A DNA stretch of 29,250 bases from Candidatus Sumerlaeota bacterium (GCA_021160705.1 JAGHBZ010000077.1:1-29250); one strand, 5' to 3'. Shown: positions 16,745 to 26,886, counted from the stretch's first letter. Numbers and translations: made by a program. Notes: a model not told the origin generated them from the letters alone.

Positions 16745-19700
16745 TTTGTCCCTCCTAGATTAAGAGGAATAGTTACTATTACTGTAGTCCCTTTATTGTG
16801 TCTACCAGTAATTGAGAGAGTGCCTCCGATAGAGTAGCACCGCTCTCGCATTCCAATTAACCCAAATGAATGAGGGTCATAAATCTGCTTTTTATTAATT
16901 CCTATACCATTATCCTTAACTGTCAACACCAACTTATTGTGTTTTTGCCTCAAGCTGACACTAACCCGGCTAGCCTGAGAGTGTCGGGCAACATTTGTAA
17001 GGGTCTCCTGAAAGATTCGGAAAATCACCGTTGCTCGCGCCTTATCTACAACAATATCCTCCGGGGAGAGTTGTACTTCGCATTTCGTTCCAGTTCGTTT
17101 CTGAAACTCTTCAGCCTGCCATACGATAGCGGTAGCAAGCCCCAGGTCATCCAGTAATCCGGGTCTCAATTCGGTAGAGATTCTCTTGACGGTTTGAATG
17201 GTCATATCAATGAGTTTTAACATCGTTTCAGTCTTCTTAATAAGTGATGTGTGGTGTTTGGGCAATCTATTAGCCAGCCAGTAAACGTCCATTTTAAGGG
17301 CGGTCAAAGTTTGCCCTAACTCGTCATGAATCTCACGGGCAATTTGAGTCCTTTCTTCTTCACGGACTGAGTCCAGATGTCTGGCAAGTGCACGCATCTC
17401 TTTATGAGATTTCTCTAATTCCTCTAATGCTTTCAAACGTTCGGTCACGTCGGTTAAGATATAGACACCACCCATAAGATTCCCGGATTCATCCAGGAGT
17501 GGGTCAATGGATGCCTCAAACCATCTATCCTCCAGTTGTAGAACTGTGGTTTCTCTGCGAAGGGTTTTCCGCACACGTTGTACGATACAATCCTGTGGAG
17601 GTGAAGATGTTTTATGAATTAACTCATAGTGAGTGTGCCCCACTATTTCACTAAATGGTTTTCTTAAGAGTTCAGCGGTGGCTTTATTGCACCTCAAGAT
17701 TCTCCCCTTTGGAGACATTAAACAGACAGAGTCGCTAATAGCATCAAAGGTAGTGCGCCATTCACGTGCAGCCACACGTAGTGCCTCTTCTGCACGTTTG
17801 CGCTCTGTGATGTCGGTTAAGATATAGACACCGCCCATAAGATTCCCGGATTCATCCAGGAGTGGGTCAATGGATGCCTCAAACCATCTATCCTCCAGTT
17901 GTAGGACTGTGGTTTCTCTGCGAAGGGTTTTCCGCACACGTTGTACGATACAATCCTGTGGAGGTGAAAATGTTTTATGAATTAACTCATAGTGAGTGCG
18001 CCCCACTATTTCACTAAATGGTTTTCTTAAGAGTTCAGCGGTGGCTTTATTGCACCTCAAGATTCTCCCCTCTGGAGTCATCAAACAGACAGAGTCGCTA
18101 ATAGCGTCAAATGTAGTGCGCCACTGTCGTGCAGCTCCCCGTAGAGCCTCTTCAGCACGTTTGCGGTCTGTGATATCCTGTCCAATGCCATAAAAGATTC
18201 TTTTACCTGATACAGTTAAGGGAACCACATTGAGTAAGAGAGTTTTACTCTTTCCGTGAACCGAGTATTCAGTCTCAATAGTGCGCCGAGCAAGGGAGAG
18301 AGAACCTTTGTGATTCTCCTGGTTCAGGACAGTTTCCGGGAGTAACTCCCAGAGTTTGCGAGTAGGAAGTTCATCGCGTCTATGCTCCAGGAAGTCAAGG
18401 GCTGAGTTGTTTGCGTCAATGAACCGCCCTTTCTCATCAACTATAAAAATGGGGTTAAGAGCCTCTTCGAACAGAGTGCGGTACATCATTTCGCTTTCCC
18501 GGAGGGATTCCTCAGCCTGAATACGTTCCAGTGCGCCACCACAATGGTCTGCAAGTAACTGCAATGTCTTAAGGTCATCCTCTGTGTAGGCATACGGGGT
18601 ATAACTCTGAATGGATAATATCCCTACCACTTTTTTGCCTTTTCGGATGGGAACAAACATCAACGAGGCTGAACGTCGTGAGGTATTACCAAAGGGTATC
18701 AGGTTACTTTCCACGTCAGTAGTATCTCGCAAAATTAGTTGACCACCCTCTATAACTGTGCGTTCCTCAATCTTACTCGGGAATTTGCCACTTAATACGG
18801 GTGGAAACTCAATTTTCTTTCCGTCTATGGTGTCAATATTCAACACCGAATAGACCGCATGCACCTCAGGTATGTAATGAGAAACAAAACAAGCGTCCCA
18901 GCCAAGGAGATGCTCTGCTGTATCAACAATAACTTTTGCGGCTTCTTTCTGGCTCTTTGCCCCATTAAGTCTTTGTCCCAGTTCTGCAAACGCCTTGCTA
19001 CGTTCTTCAGCTCGCTTGAGTTCAGTAATGTCGCTTAGAGATGCAACATAGCCTGCCTCTACATCTGTGGGGTCTACACATACAACTGAAAGCATACACC
19101 AGAACCTGGTGCCGTCTACCCTTTGTAGATGTAGTTCCCGCATATCAATCCCGGTTCTTCGGACCGATTCTGTAGCTGAGTGGATGTACTCCTCGTACTC
19201 CTCTTTACTTGCAAATAAGCCTCTCAGGGAGAGACCTATCACATCCGCGGTGCTGGTGCATTCAGGGTCAAGGATTATCCGCATTGAACGGTTCGCATAC
19301 ATTATCTTCCAATCCGGGCTCAACATACATAACCCGTGGGGAGTGCTACGCAATATCGCTTGATACTGCATTTGTAATTTTTGTAGTTCATCACGGCTTT
19401 TACGTAACTCTTCCTCTGTTCGTTTTCTATCAGTAATATCCTGTAATATGCCAAGCGACCCAATGACCTTTCCTGTTCTTTCGTCACGTACAGGGACCGA
19501 GCAATCGGTGAGCCATTTCTCTTCACCCGAGGGGGTAATTATCCGTAAATCCATCCGATAGCGTTTTACCTTACCTAGCCTAAACATCCTGCCATATTCA
19601 AAAGGGTCAGAGGGTGCATCTGGTTCGGTAACTATCATCTCTTTTGTAATCTCTCTCATTTTTTCAAAAGTTAGCTCAGAGGATGGTATACCCAGGAGTT

Positions 19701-21591
19701 CCTTACATCCTTCACCCATAAACTCATACATATAATCAGTATATTTCAACAGGTAGGGCAGTCCCTGAGCGTTCTCAATAGCACTTCTATAGATGTAATG
19801 TGCTTGTTTTAATTCTTCTTCTGCACGTTTACGTTCGGTAATGTCTGTATCTGCGCCCCTATATCCGAGAAGATTGCCATCCTTATCAAGAATTGGCACA
19901 CCACTGGTTGTTAACCACACCGTAGAGCCATCCTTGTGGATATTACGATTAAGAAAGTTATGGAATGATTGTTTTTTCTGAAATGAGTCAAACACAAACT
20001 TTTTGAGTTTCTCTCGGTCATCCGGATGAAAGAAGTCATAAAAATGCATTTTTCCCACGACTTCTTCAGGTTTGTAGCCAAGAATCTTCTCCACCATTGG
20101 ACTTGAGTAGGTGTAAACCCCCTGAGTGTCAATTTCCCAAATCCATTCTTGGGCATTTTCAGCCACCTGTTTAAATCGTTCTTCAGACTCCCGAAGCTCT
20201 GCGGTCTTTTTAATTAATTGATGTGTGAGAAGCAGGTTTTCCACAGCGGGAGCAATCTGACGCCCAACAGCGCTTAGAAGTTCTACATCTCTCTGTGTGT
20301 AGGCATTAAAAGTGTAGCTCTGAACTGACATAACGCCAATCACACGTTCGCCAACAATTAGCGGGACAAAGACCAGAGAGGCAGAGGGTCTGCTTTTATC
20401 TCCGAATGGGACGAATGAGCCAGGGCTGTACGTTGAGACTGTTTTGTCCGTTAAGTCCGAGGGCTTGCGATGGATGAGAATGGGTTTCTTTTTCTCAAAG
20501 ACTATTTTAGTGCTGGGACCTTTACCAAGTTCAAACTTCACATCCACTTGCGAGACACGACGAAACTGCCCGTCAATGGTGTCGAAATTGCCCAAGCCGT
20601 AGAGTTCATCCGTACCGGGGATGTAAGCGTCGAGATAGAAAGCATCCATCCGCAGGACTCCGCGTAAGACTCGCACAAGGGAGTCACTGAACTCTTCAGG
20701 GGTGCGACTGCTGACAATTGCACGGCTTACCGAGAGTAATGTTGAAAGTGTCTGGTTGGTCGTAAGGAGCTCCTCTTCAGTGCGCTTGCGGGCGGAAATA
20801 TCTCTGCCAATCCCAACAATTGCCACCACATTTTTCTCTTCATCCAGTACAGCTTTGTATGCCCACCCAAACCATCTCCAGCCCTCCTGAGTCATTGCTC
20901 TGTGTTCTACATAGCAAGAATAGGGTGGACGATAGAGGGTGGACATTGCCTCGGCGGTAGCTTTCCGGTCATCCTGATGGATAAAGGGTATGAAATTTCT
21001 ACCGAGCAATTCCTCCTCGCTCTTGCCGAAGGTCTCACAATAGGTCTTGCTTACAAAAAGAAGCCTTCCCTCAATATCAACTTTCACGATTAGGTCTGTC
21101 TGGTTTTCCACAAGGAGTCTGTAGCGTTCTTCATTAGTGCGGAGTCGGGATTCCAGGCGTTTGAGCTCAGTGATGTCTTTAATTGTTGCGAAATAATTGA
21201 CAACATTCCCCTGGGCGTCTTTTATGCAGGCTGGGGAGACGAGGACAGGGAACCGCTCGCCGGACTTTCGCATAAACGTCAACTCAAACTCCCGGAATTC
21301 ACCTCGTTTAATTTTCTGAAATGTCCTTTCTATTTCTTTGAACTCCTCAGGTGGACAAAACGGATGTGGCATACCAACTCCCAGAAGCTCTGCTCTTGAA
21401 AACCCAGTCATCTCACAAAAAGCCGGGTTCACATCAATAATAACACCATCTGGGTCAACCACATAAAGTCCATCTTTCATCAGGGAAATGAGAGTGTCTG
21501 AGAAGGAGTCCATCTCCTGTAGCGTCTTTCTGGCGTGTTTACGCTCAGGAAAGAGTCTGTGTTTAATTTGTTTTCTTCTCCCTTGTTTCAT
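16741..21591 (-). CDS. Large cytoplasmic multi-PAS/GAF histidine kinase, HisKA_3 (NarX/NreB) class
   Basis: About 8 PAS/PAC modules and 2 GAF domains; H-box 'EEERTQIAREIHDELGQ'; 'FRIFQETLTNVARHSQA', 'DNGIG', 'FGLIGMRER'. No transmembrane segment seen. Overlaps the NarL-type gene by 4 nt. Confidence 0.93.
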   Translation of the reverse strand: MKQGRRKQIKHRLFPERKHARKTLQEMDSFSDTLISLMKDGLYVVDPDGVIIDVNPAFCEMTGFSRAELLGVGMPHPFCPPEEFKEIERTFQKIKRGEFREFELTFMRKSGERFPVLVSPACIKDAQGNVVNYFATIKDITELKRLESRLRTNEERYRLLVENQTDLIVKVDIEGRLLFVSKTYCETFGKSEEELLGRNFIPFIHQDDRKATAEAMSTLYRPPYSCYVEHRAMTQEGWRWFGWAYKAVLDEEKNVVAIVGIGRDISARKRTEEELLTTNQTLSTLLSVSRAIVSSRTPEEFSDSLVRVLRGVLRMDAFYLDAYIPGTDELYGLGNFDTIDGQFRRVSQVDVKFELGKGPSTKIVFEKKKPILIHRKPSDLTDKTVSTYSPGSFVPFGDKSRPSASLVFVPLIVGERVIGVMSVQSYTFNAYTQRDVELLSAVGRQIAPAVENLLLTHQLIKKTAELRESEERFKQVAENAQEWIWEIDTQGVYTYSSPMVEKILGYKPEEVVGKMHFYDFFHPDDREKLKKFVFDSFQKKQSFHNFLNRNIHKDGSTVWLTTSGVPILDKDGNLLGYRGADTDITERKRAEEELKQAHYIYRSAIENAQGLPYLLKYTDYMYEFMGEGCKELLGIPSSELTFEKMREITKEMIVTEPDAPSDPFEYGRMFRLGKVKRYRMDLRIITPSGEEKWLTDCSVPVRDERTGKVIGSLGILQDITDRKRTEEELRKSRDELQKLQMQYQAILRSTPHGLCMLSPDWKIMYANRSMRIILDPECTSTADVIGLSLRGLFASKEEYEEYIHSATESVRRTGIDMRELHLQRVDGTRFWCMLSVVCVDPTDVEAGYVASLSDITELKRAEERSKAFAELGQRLNGAKSQKEAAKVIVDTAEHLLGWDACFVSHYIPEVHAVYSVLNIDTIDGKKIEFPPVLSGKFPSKIEERTVIEGGQLILRDTTDVESNLIPFGNTSRRSASLMFVPIRKGKKVVGILSIQSYTPYAYTEDDLKTLQLLADHCGGALERIQAEESLRESEMMYRTLFEEALNPIFIVDEKGRFIDANNSALDFLEHRRDELPTRKLWELLPETVLNQENHKGSLSLARRTIETEYSVHGKSKTLLLNVVPLTVSGKRIFYGIGQDITDRKRAEEALRGAARQWRTTFDAISDSVCLMTPEGRILRCNKATAELLRKPFSEIVGRTHYELIHKTFSPPQDCIVQRVRKTLRRETTVLQLEDRWFEASIDPLLDESGNLMGGVYILTDITERKRAEEALRVAAREWRTTFDAISDSVCLMSPKGRILRCNKATAELLRKPFSEIVGHTHYELIHKTSSPPQDCIVQRVRKTLRRETTVLQLEDRWFEASIDPLLDESGNLMGGVYILTDVTERLKALEELEKSHKEMRALARHLDSVREEERTQIAREIHDELGQTLTALKMDVYWLANRLPKHHTSLIKKTETMLKLIDMTIQTVKRISTELRPGLLDDLGLATAIVWQAEEFQKRTGTKCEVQLSPEDIVVDKARATVIFRIFQETLTNVARHSQASRVSVSLRQKHNKLVLTVKDNGIGINKKQIYDPHSFGLIGMRERCYSIGGTLSITGRHNKGTTVIVTIPLNLGGTK
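17449..18174. repeat. In-frame tandem duplication, 2 x 363 bp (one PAS-PAC module)
   Basis: 17449-17811 versus 17812-18174; about 18 differences by manual count (about 95% identity). Confidence 0.95.
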
Positions 21592-21800
21592 AATGATGCA
21601 CCTGCAAAACTCACTGCCCCTCTTTTTCTAAAGAGAGTGCAGTAATATTTATTCTGAAAGCAACTAATAATAATGGACTTATGTTATTCACTGTGGCGAA
21701 TCTATGCAACGAAGTTCTGTTTGTTAGCTCCATTCAGAGAGTTTTATATACTTCTTCGGCGAAGATTAAGCAAAAGTTTAGGCAAATCCTATGAGTGTAA

Positions 21801-22715
21801 TCAGTCCACAAGATTAGGTTTCTGGGTCAAGGAGTTATATTTTTCACGCTTTTGCTCATACATCAATGCATCCGCTTGCTCAAGAATCTCTTCAATTGAA
21901 CAGGGTCTCATAGGGTCATAATGGGCTACTCCAAAACTCAGAGAAAGAGGGAAAGGAAAGGTTCTTTCACGATTATATTTACTTAGGTTGTTCTGCAACC
22001 GTGCAATAATATAATTAGTGGACTCGCGGGTAGCATCTAACACGAGGATAACAAACTCATCTCCAGCGATACGGGCGATGATGTCGGATTTGCGAAATGT
22101 GTTTTTAAGGAGCCCGGCAATTTCTATTAACACGCGGTCACCTTCACAGTGACCAAAATTGTCATTAATCCATTTCATTCCGTCCACGTCGGCAAAAATA
22201 AGATACATCTCCCGCTTTTTACGGTCGGCAATCTTAATTTGCTGTTCAGCCAGGGTGAGAAATCCACGCCGATTGTAAAGTCCAGTAAGGTCGTCATAAA
22301 GTGATAAGGCTTTGAGAGATTCCTTTAACTTTTGGTGTTGGATAGCATATCGAATGGAGCGTTCCAGGAGAGATGGTGAGAGTTGAGCTTTTTCCAGATA
22401 CCCGGCGGCACCAAAGTGCATAGCAGAGAGGTCTACCTTGCGGTCGCCCTGTGATGTAAGTAAGAGCATAGGAGCACTGCACCCATAGGCGAGAGCTTCT
22501 CGCATTAGCTCCAGCCCATCCTTTGCCCCAAGCCGATAGTCAATTAGGTAAACATCGTGTTCTGAGCATTTAATCGCATTCAGACCGTCTTCATACGTAG
22601 AGACCCAGTCAAGTTTAAAGTTCACATCCTCAATCCCGGAAAGCATATCTTTAGTAAGGATATAATCCTCTTCGTCATCATCGATAAGTAGAATTCTAAT
22701 TACTGTTTTGCTCAT
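21801..22715 (-). CDS. Response regulator-diguanylate cyclase (REC-GGDEF), AGDEF variant
   Basis: Receiver 'ILLIDDD...LIDY'; cyclase 'DDLTGLYNRR', 'DVDGMKWINDNFGHCEGD', I-site RKSD, 'RIAGDEF'. Confidence 0.92.
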   Translation of the reverse strand: MSKTVIRILLIDDDEEDYILTKDMLSGIEDVNFKLDWVSTYEDGLNAIKCSEHDVYLIDYRLGAKDGLELMREALAYGCSAPMLLLTSQGDRKVDLSAMHFGAAGYLEKAQLSPSLLERSIRYAIQHQKLKESLKALSLYDDLTGLYNRRGFLTLAEQQIKIADRKKREMYLIFADVDGMKWINDNFGHCEGDRVLIEIAGLLKNTFRKSDIIARIAGDEFVILVLDATRESTNYIIARLQNNLSKYNRERTFPFPLSLSFGVAHYDPMRPCSIEEILEQADALMYEQKREKYNSLTQKPNLVD

Positions 22716-22724
22716 ATTGTTCCC

Positions 22725-23177
22725 TCACTCTTGTTCAGGGGGTTCACCAATAGGAGACCAAATTTGCCAGAGAGTTTTTAGGGTATTAATAAGACAATCA
22801 AGGGTAACGGGTTTAGTGATATAGGAATTAGCCCCCATTTTATAGCTCTGCACGATGTCTCTCTCTTCAGAGGATTGTGTGAGTACAACCACCGGGATGT
22901 CGCATAACAAGGGGTCAGTTTTTATTTCTTTAAGTACTTCATAACCATCTTTTTTCGGCATATTGAGGTCAAGCAGAATCAGGTCTGGACGTGGTGCAGA
23001 GTCAGGGTCTACAAATTTACCACGTTGCTGGAGATACTCTAAGAGACACTCGCCATCCTCAACGACCCGGAGTTCATCCGTTAATTCCCTCTCCATCACT
23101 ATATCTTTGAGTAACATTCTATCCTCCGGGTCGTCGTCCGCTAATAGAATAATGAAGCGTTTTCGAGATTCAGTCAT
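22725..23177 (-). CDS. Single-domain response regulator, Rcp1-like
   Basis: 'ILLADDDPED', 'PRPDLILLDLNMPKKDG.EVL.EIK.DP.L..IPVVVLT.S....DI..SY..GANSYITKP'. Confidence 0.9.
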   Translation of the reverse strand: MTESRKRFIILLADDDPEDRMLLKDIVMERELTDELRVVEDGECLLEYLQQRGKFVDPDSAPRPDLILLDLNMPKKDGYEVLKEIKTDPLLCDIPVVVLTQSSEERDIVQSYKMGANSYITKPVTLDCLINTLKTLWQIWSPIGEPPEQE

Positions 23178-26100
23178 TGATACAGTTCTCCTTTGTGTTG
23201 GTGGACTGGAAGTATGACGATAAAAGTCGTTCCCTGTGCAGGCTTACTTTTTGCTGTGATTTGACCATTATGACAGTCCACAATTTTTCTACAGAGCGCA
23301 AGTCCTATCCCGGTGCCCTCGTATTTACCACGCCCGTACAGGCGCTGAAATGGCAAAAAGATGCGGTCAAGATACTTCTCATCAAACCCTATTCCGTTGT
23401 CTTCTACAAAAATTTGATAGTATTTAACATTTTCAGCACCAATCTTTTCTTCATCTTTGTTTTGTAGCAAAGGCTGACTATATACCCTTACCCGAGGCGT
23501 GACATCAGGACGGCGGAATTTCAGGGCATTACCAATAAGATTTTGAAATAGCTCTCGCATAAGTGTGGGGTCTGCATCAATTGTCGGCAGCTCTGCTACC
23601 TCCACGTTCGCTCCAGTCTCCTGAATTTGTACCTCCAGGTCTGATATGACATCCTGGAGAATTTTGTTGAGATTAACCGCCACAAATTGCCTCCCTTGAG
23701 TGGTAACACGTGAAAAGGCAAGTAAATCCTGGATTAATCTCCGCATTCGGTGTGTGGCATTCAGCATCCGCATTAAATAATCTCGCCCCTGCTCGGTGAG
23801 TTCTTCAAAGCAAATATCTTTAAGCCTATCCCCGAAGCTCTGAATCTTTCGTAGAGGTTCTTGCAGGTCATGGGAGGCTATATAGGCAAACTGCTCTAAC
23901 TCGGTATTTGAGCGCTCCAGAGCCTTTGCTCTCTGGATAAGTTCCTCTTCTATTCGTTTACGTTCTGTAATATCCTGCAGAATCCCCAGTGAATAAGTAG
24001 CTTCGCCGGTCTTTTCGTCACGGATGTTTATGGAATAATCGCTTAACCATTTTTCCTCACCCTGGGGGGTGATGATTTTCAGGTCAACCCTATAACGCTC
24101 AATTTCTCCTCTAAGGAATGCGTCAATGTATTCATTAAGAGGGAGTGCGGAATGCTCCGGGTCGGCTATAATGATTTCTTGTTGAAGAGTTTCCAAATCT
24201 TTTCTGGTTAGTTTCGAGCAAGGGATTCCTATAAGCGTGTCACATCCCTTGCCTATGAACTCATAGGTCTCAGTGGCATAATTGAGGATGTAAGGGACGC
24301 CCTGAGCATTTTCTATTGCCTTACGATAGATTTCGTGTACGTGGTTCAATTTTTCCTCAGCCATCCTGCGTTCTGTGATATCTTCTCCAGAGCTTAGCAC
24401 GCCTATGATATTATTTTCTCTGTCTTTTATTATAGTATTATGACAGGCAATAATTCTTTCCTCTCCCTGTTTATTCAAGACTGGATTTTCAAAATATTCA
24501 ACTGGCTCTATTTCTCCTGCCATCAGTTTATCAAAAACGGATTTAACCTCACTCCTTAGCCTTTGGGGGAGGAAATTACTGAACCAGTTTTTGCCGATGA
24601 TTTCTTCCTCTGAATAGCCAAGGATTTCACAACCTTTCTTGTTGATGAGAGTGACCTCACCTTTTGCATTGACGGCTACAATCATTACTCCGGCGACATC
24701 AAGATATTTCTGTGCTCTTTCTTTCTCTTCGCGGAGGGCAATTTCTGCTTGTACCCGCCGTAATGCGGGTGCCACCGTGTCCGCAATTGACTTTAGTAGA
24801 CCCAGCTCTTGTTCTCCATACCGATTTGGTTGATAGGATTGAACAGAAAGGATGCCAAATACGTCTCCAGCGAAGCTTATCGGAACAAAAAGCAGACTCC
24901 AAGAAAGACGCGAGGTATCACCAAAGCGGGACATTGGGAACATATCTTCAGTCTCCCGATTAAGAATAAGGGGCTTACCCTCCAGGAGTTGGTTTAACCC
25001 GGGATACGGGGGAGGGGTGTTGTCGGTTGATTTAAAAGCAACCCGTTTGCCATTAATGGTATCCACAGCGTATACCCTACGGAATAAATTGGAGTGAGGT
25101 AAACGTTCTGCAAAAAAGAAGGCATCCCAGTTGAAGAGCTCATCAGTAGCCTGACTCAGTAGGATAGCGATTGCCTCCAGAGTATCAGCTTCAACCAATT
25201 GAACCCCCAGTTGGGCAAAGGTCTGTCTTTCTATCTCTGCGCGTTTTCGCTTGGTAATATCGACCACCACTGAGCGTCTCTCCACAACATTGCCATTCTC
25301 ATCTTTGATTGCATTGACCGAGAGAAGCCCGTAGACTTTTTGTCCATCTTTTCTCCTATAGACCATCTCTTCATTTTTCCATTCTTTTCCTTTTAGAAAT
25401 TGTGCAAATAATTGTTTTGCTTTATCTTTTGATTCCTCTGCATAAAGGTCAAAGACCTTCATTCTTTGCAGCTCTTCCAGCGAGTATCCGGTGAAATCTG
25501 CTGCTGCCTTATTAGCTCTTTTTATCAAGCCATCTCTACCCACGGAAAAGTAAGCGACTGGTGCACTCTCATAGAGGTCCTGGTATCTAAGCTGTGATTC
25601 TCGGAGTTCAGCAGTGCTTTGAATCAATTGCTGGTGCAAAAGCAGACCTTCAACTGCGGGAGCTATCTGACGTGCCACGGCTTTGAGAAGCTCCACATCC
25701 TGCAGGGTGTAAGCATTAAAGGTATAGCTCTGGACTGAAAGAATACCAATGACTCGTTCGCCAACAACTAGTGGCACATAGAGCAAAGAAGCTGATGGAC
25801 GCGAGGTGTCGCCAAAACGAATAAATCTGTCTGCATCTAATTCTATCTCTTCAGGTTTACGATGGATGAGCACAGGTTCTTTATCTTCAAAGATAGACTC
25901 TGCAATAGGACTCTTTTCGCGATCGAAAAATCCACTCACAGGGGAGACGCGTTGAAATTTCCCATTAATTGTATCAAAACATCCGGTACTTAAGATTTTA
26001 TATGAATCAGGATAATATGCATCTATAAAGAAGGCGTCAACTCGCATTACCCGACGTAATTCGTATGCGAGTGCTTCGCTTAGTTGCTCGGGGGTGCGGG

Positions 26101-26275
26101 CGGATGCCATAGCGAGGCTAACTGCGTTCAGAGTGGTAAGCATTCGGTTGGTCTCGTATAGGGTATCCTTTGCCTGCTTGAGTTGTGCCTCTGAAACCTC
26201 CAGTTCTGCTACGCGTTTGCGCAACTCCTGTATTTCTTTTATAAGTTGCTTTTTTGTCTTATGCTCGGCTTTCAT
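23174..26275 (-). CDS. GAF-PAS-GAF-PAS-PAS histidine kinase with a Cph1-type transmitter
   Basis: H-box 'LERSNTELEQFAYIASHDLQEPLRKI', 'LFQNLIGNALKF', 'DNGIGF', 'FQRL...YEGTGIGLALCRKIV'. Overlaps the Rcp1-like gene by 4 nt. Confidence 0.93.
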   Translation of the reverse strand: MKAEHKTKKQLIKEIQELRKRVAELEVSEAQLKQAKDTLYETNRMLTTLNAVSLAMASARTPEQLSEALAYELRRVMRVDAFFIDAYYPDSYKILSTGCFDTINGKFQRVSPVSGFFDREKSPIAESIFEDKEPVLIHRKPEEIELDADRFIRFGDTSRPSASLLYVPLVVGERVIGILSVQSYTFNAYTLQDVELLKAVARQIAPAVEGLLLHQQLIQSTAELRESQLRYQDLYESAPVAYFSVGRDGLIKRANKAAADFTGYSLEELQRMKVFDLYAEESKDKAKQLFAQFLKGKEWKNEEMVYRRKDGQKVYGLLSVNAIKDENGNVVERRSVVVDITKRKRAEIERQTFAQLGVQLVEADTLEAIAILLSQATDELFNWDAFFFAERLPHSNLFRRVYAVDTINGKRVAFKSTDNTPPPYPGLNQLLEGKPLILNRETEDMFPMSRFGDTSRLSWSLLFVPISFAGDVFGILSVQSYQPNRYGEQELGLLKSIADTVAPALRRVQAEIALREEKERAQKYLDVAGVMIVAVNAKGEVTLINKKGCEILGYSEEEIIGKNWFSNFLPQRLRSEVKSVFDKLMAGEIEPVEYFENPVLNKQGEERIIACHNTIIKDRENNIIGVLSSGEDITERRMAEEKLNHVHEIYRKAIENAQGVPYILNYATETYEFIGKGCDTLIGIPCSKLTRKDLETLQQEIIIADPEHSALPLNEYIDAFLRGEIERYRVDLKIITPQGEEKWLSDYSINIRDEKTGEATYSLGILQDITERKRIEEELIQRAKALERSNTELEQFAYIASHDLQEPLRKIQSFGDRLKDICFEELTEQGRDYLMRMLNATHRMRRLIQDLLAFSRVTTQGRQFVAVNLNKILQDVISDLEVQIQETGANVEVAELPTIDADPTLMRELFQNLIGNALKFRRPDVTPRVRVYSQPLLQNKDEEKIGAENVKYYQIFVEDNGIGFDEKYLDRIFLPFQRLYGRGKYEGTGIGLALCRKIVDCHNGQITAKSKPAQGTTFIVILPVHQHKGELYQ

Positions 26276-26508
26276 TACATCTTCTTCTCGCGGCAGAGTA
26301 TATTCTACACCTTAATATATTTATCTGTCATTTTGCTGAATACTTTACAATTAGTTTCATTTTTTTAATGCATTTCTGGATATTAACCTGTCAGGATGTA
26401 GAAAAAGGAAACTTATTATGATTTTAACGTGTTTAATCATAGGCAATAGAGTTATTGGTAGGGATTGATTTATCTTGGAAAATAACCGTCCAAATCTTAT
26501 TATAAGGA

Positions 26509-26886
26509 CTACAAATTTGTATCTATTTCTTTCTCTTCAGCAAGCAGACGCTGGATTGCTTCGTTAAGTTTATTATAATCCACAGGTTTCGGGCAATACT
26601 CCAAATGAGGGTCTTCTGGTGAATGCACACGTAATTTTGTGCCACTGCAAATAATGATTGGCAGGTTAGGACCGTAGTATTTGCGGATTGTGTTGTAAAG
26701 CAGTCCCCCAGTTATACCAGGCATTAAAATGTCTAAAATCACAAGGTCTGGTTTAAAGCTCGCAATCTCCGCTATAGCACGCTCTGCATTGCTCAGTTTT
26801 AAAATCTTATGCTCTGCCTTCGTTAAAAATCTCTCAAGGATGTCCAGAAATTCAGTATCATCATCTATTGCAAGTATTCGTGCCAT
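26509..26886 (-). CDS. Single-domain CheY-like receiver
   Basis: 'ILAIDDD', 'PDLVILDILMPG', 'IIICSG', 'KP'. Confidence 0.88.
   Translation of the reverse strand: MARILAIDDDTEFLDILERFLTKAEHKILKLSNAERAIAEIASFKPDLVILDILMPGITGGLLYNTIRKYYGPNLPIIICSGTKLRVHSPEDPHLEYCPKPVDYNKLNEAIQRLLAEEKEIDTNL

Noticed and set aside
17633-18193. Pair of near-identical plus-strand ORFs (64 and 65 aa)
   Set aside because: Antisense shadows of the 363-bp duplication in the kinase.
10084-26886. Complete circadian clock or functional gas-vesicle cluster
   Set aside because: No kaiC/kaiA and no gvpA/J/K/N in the window; kaiB is interrupted.
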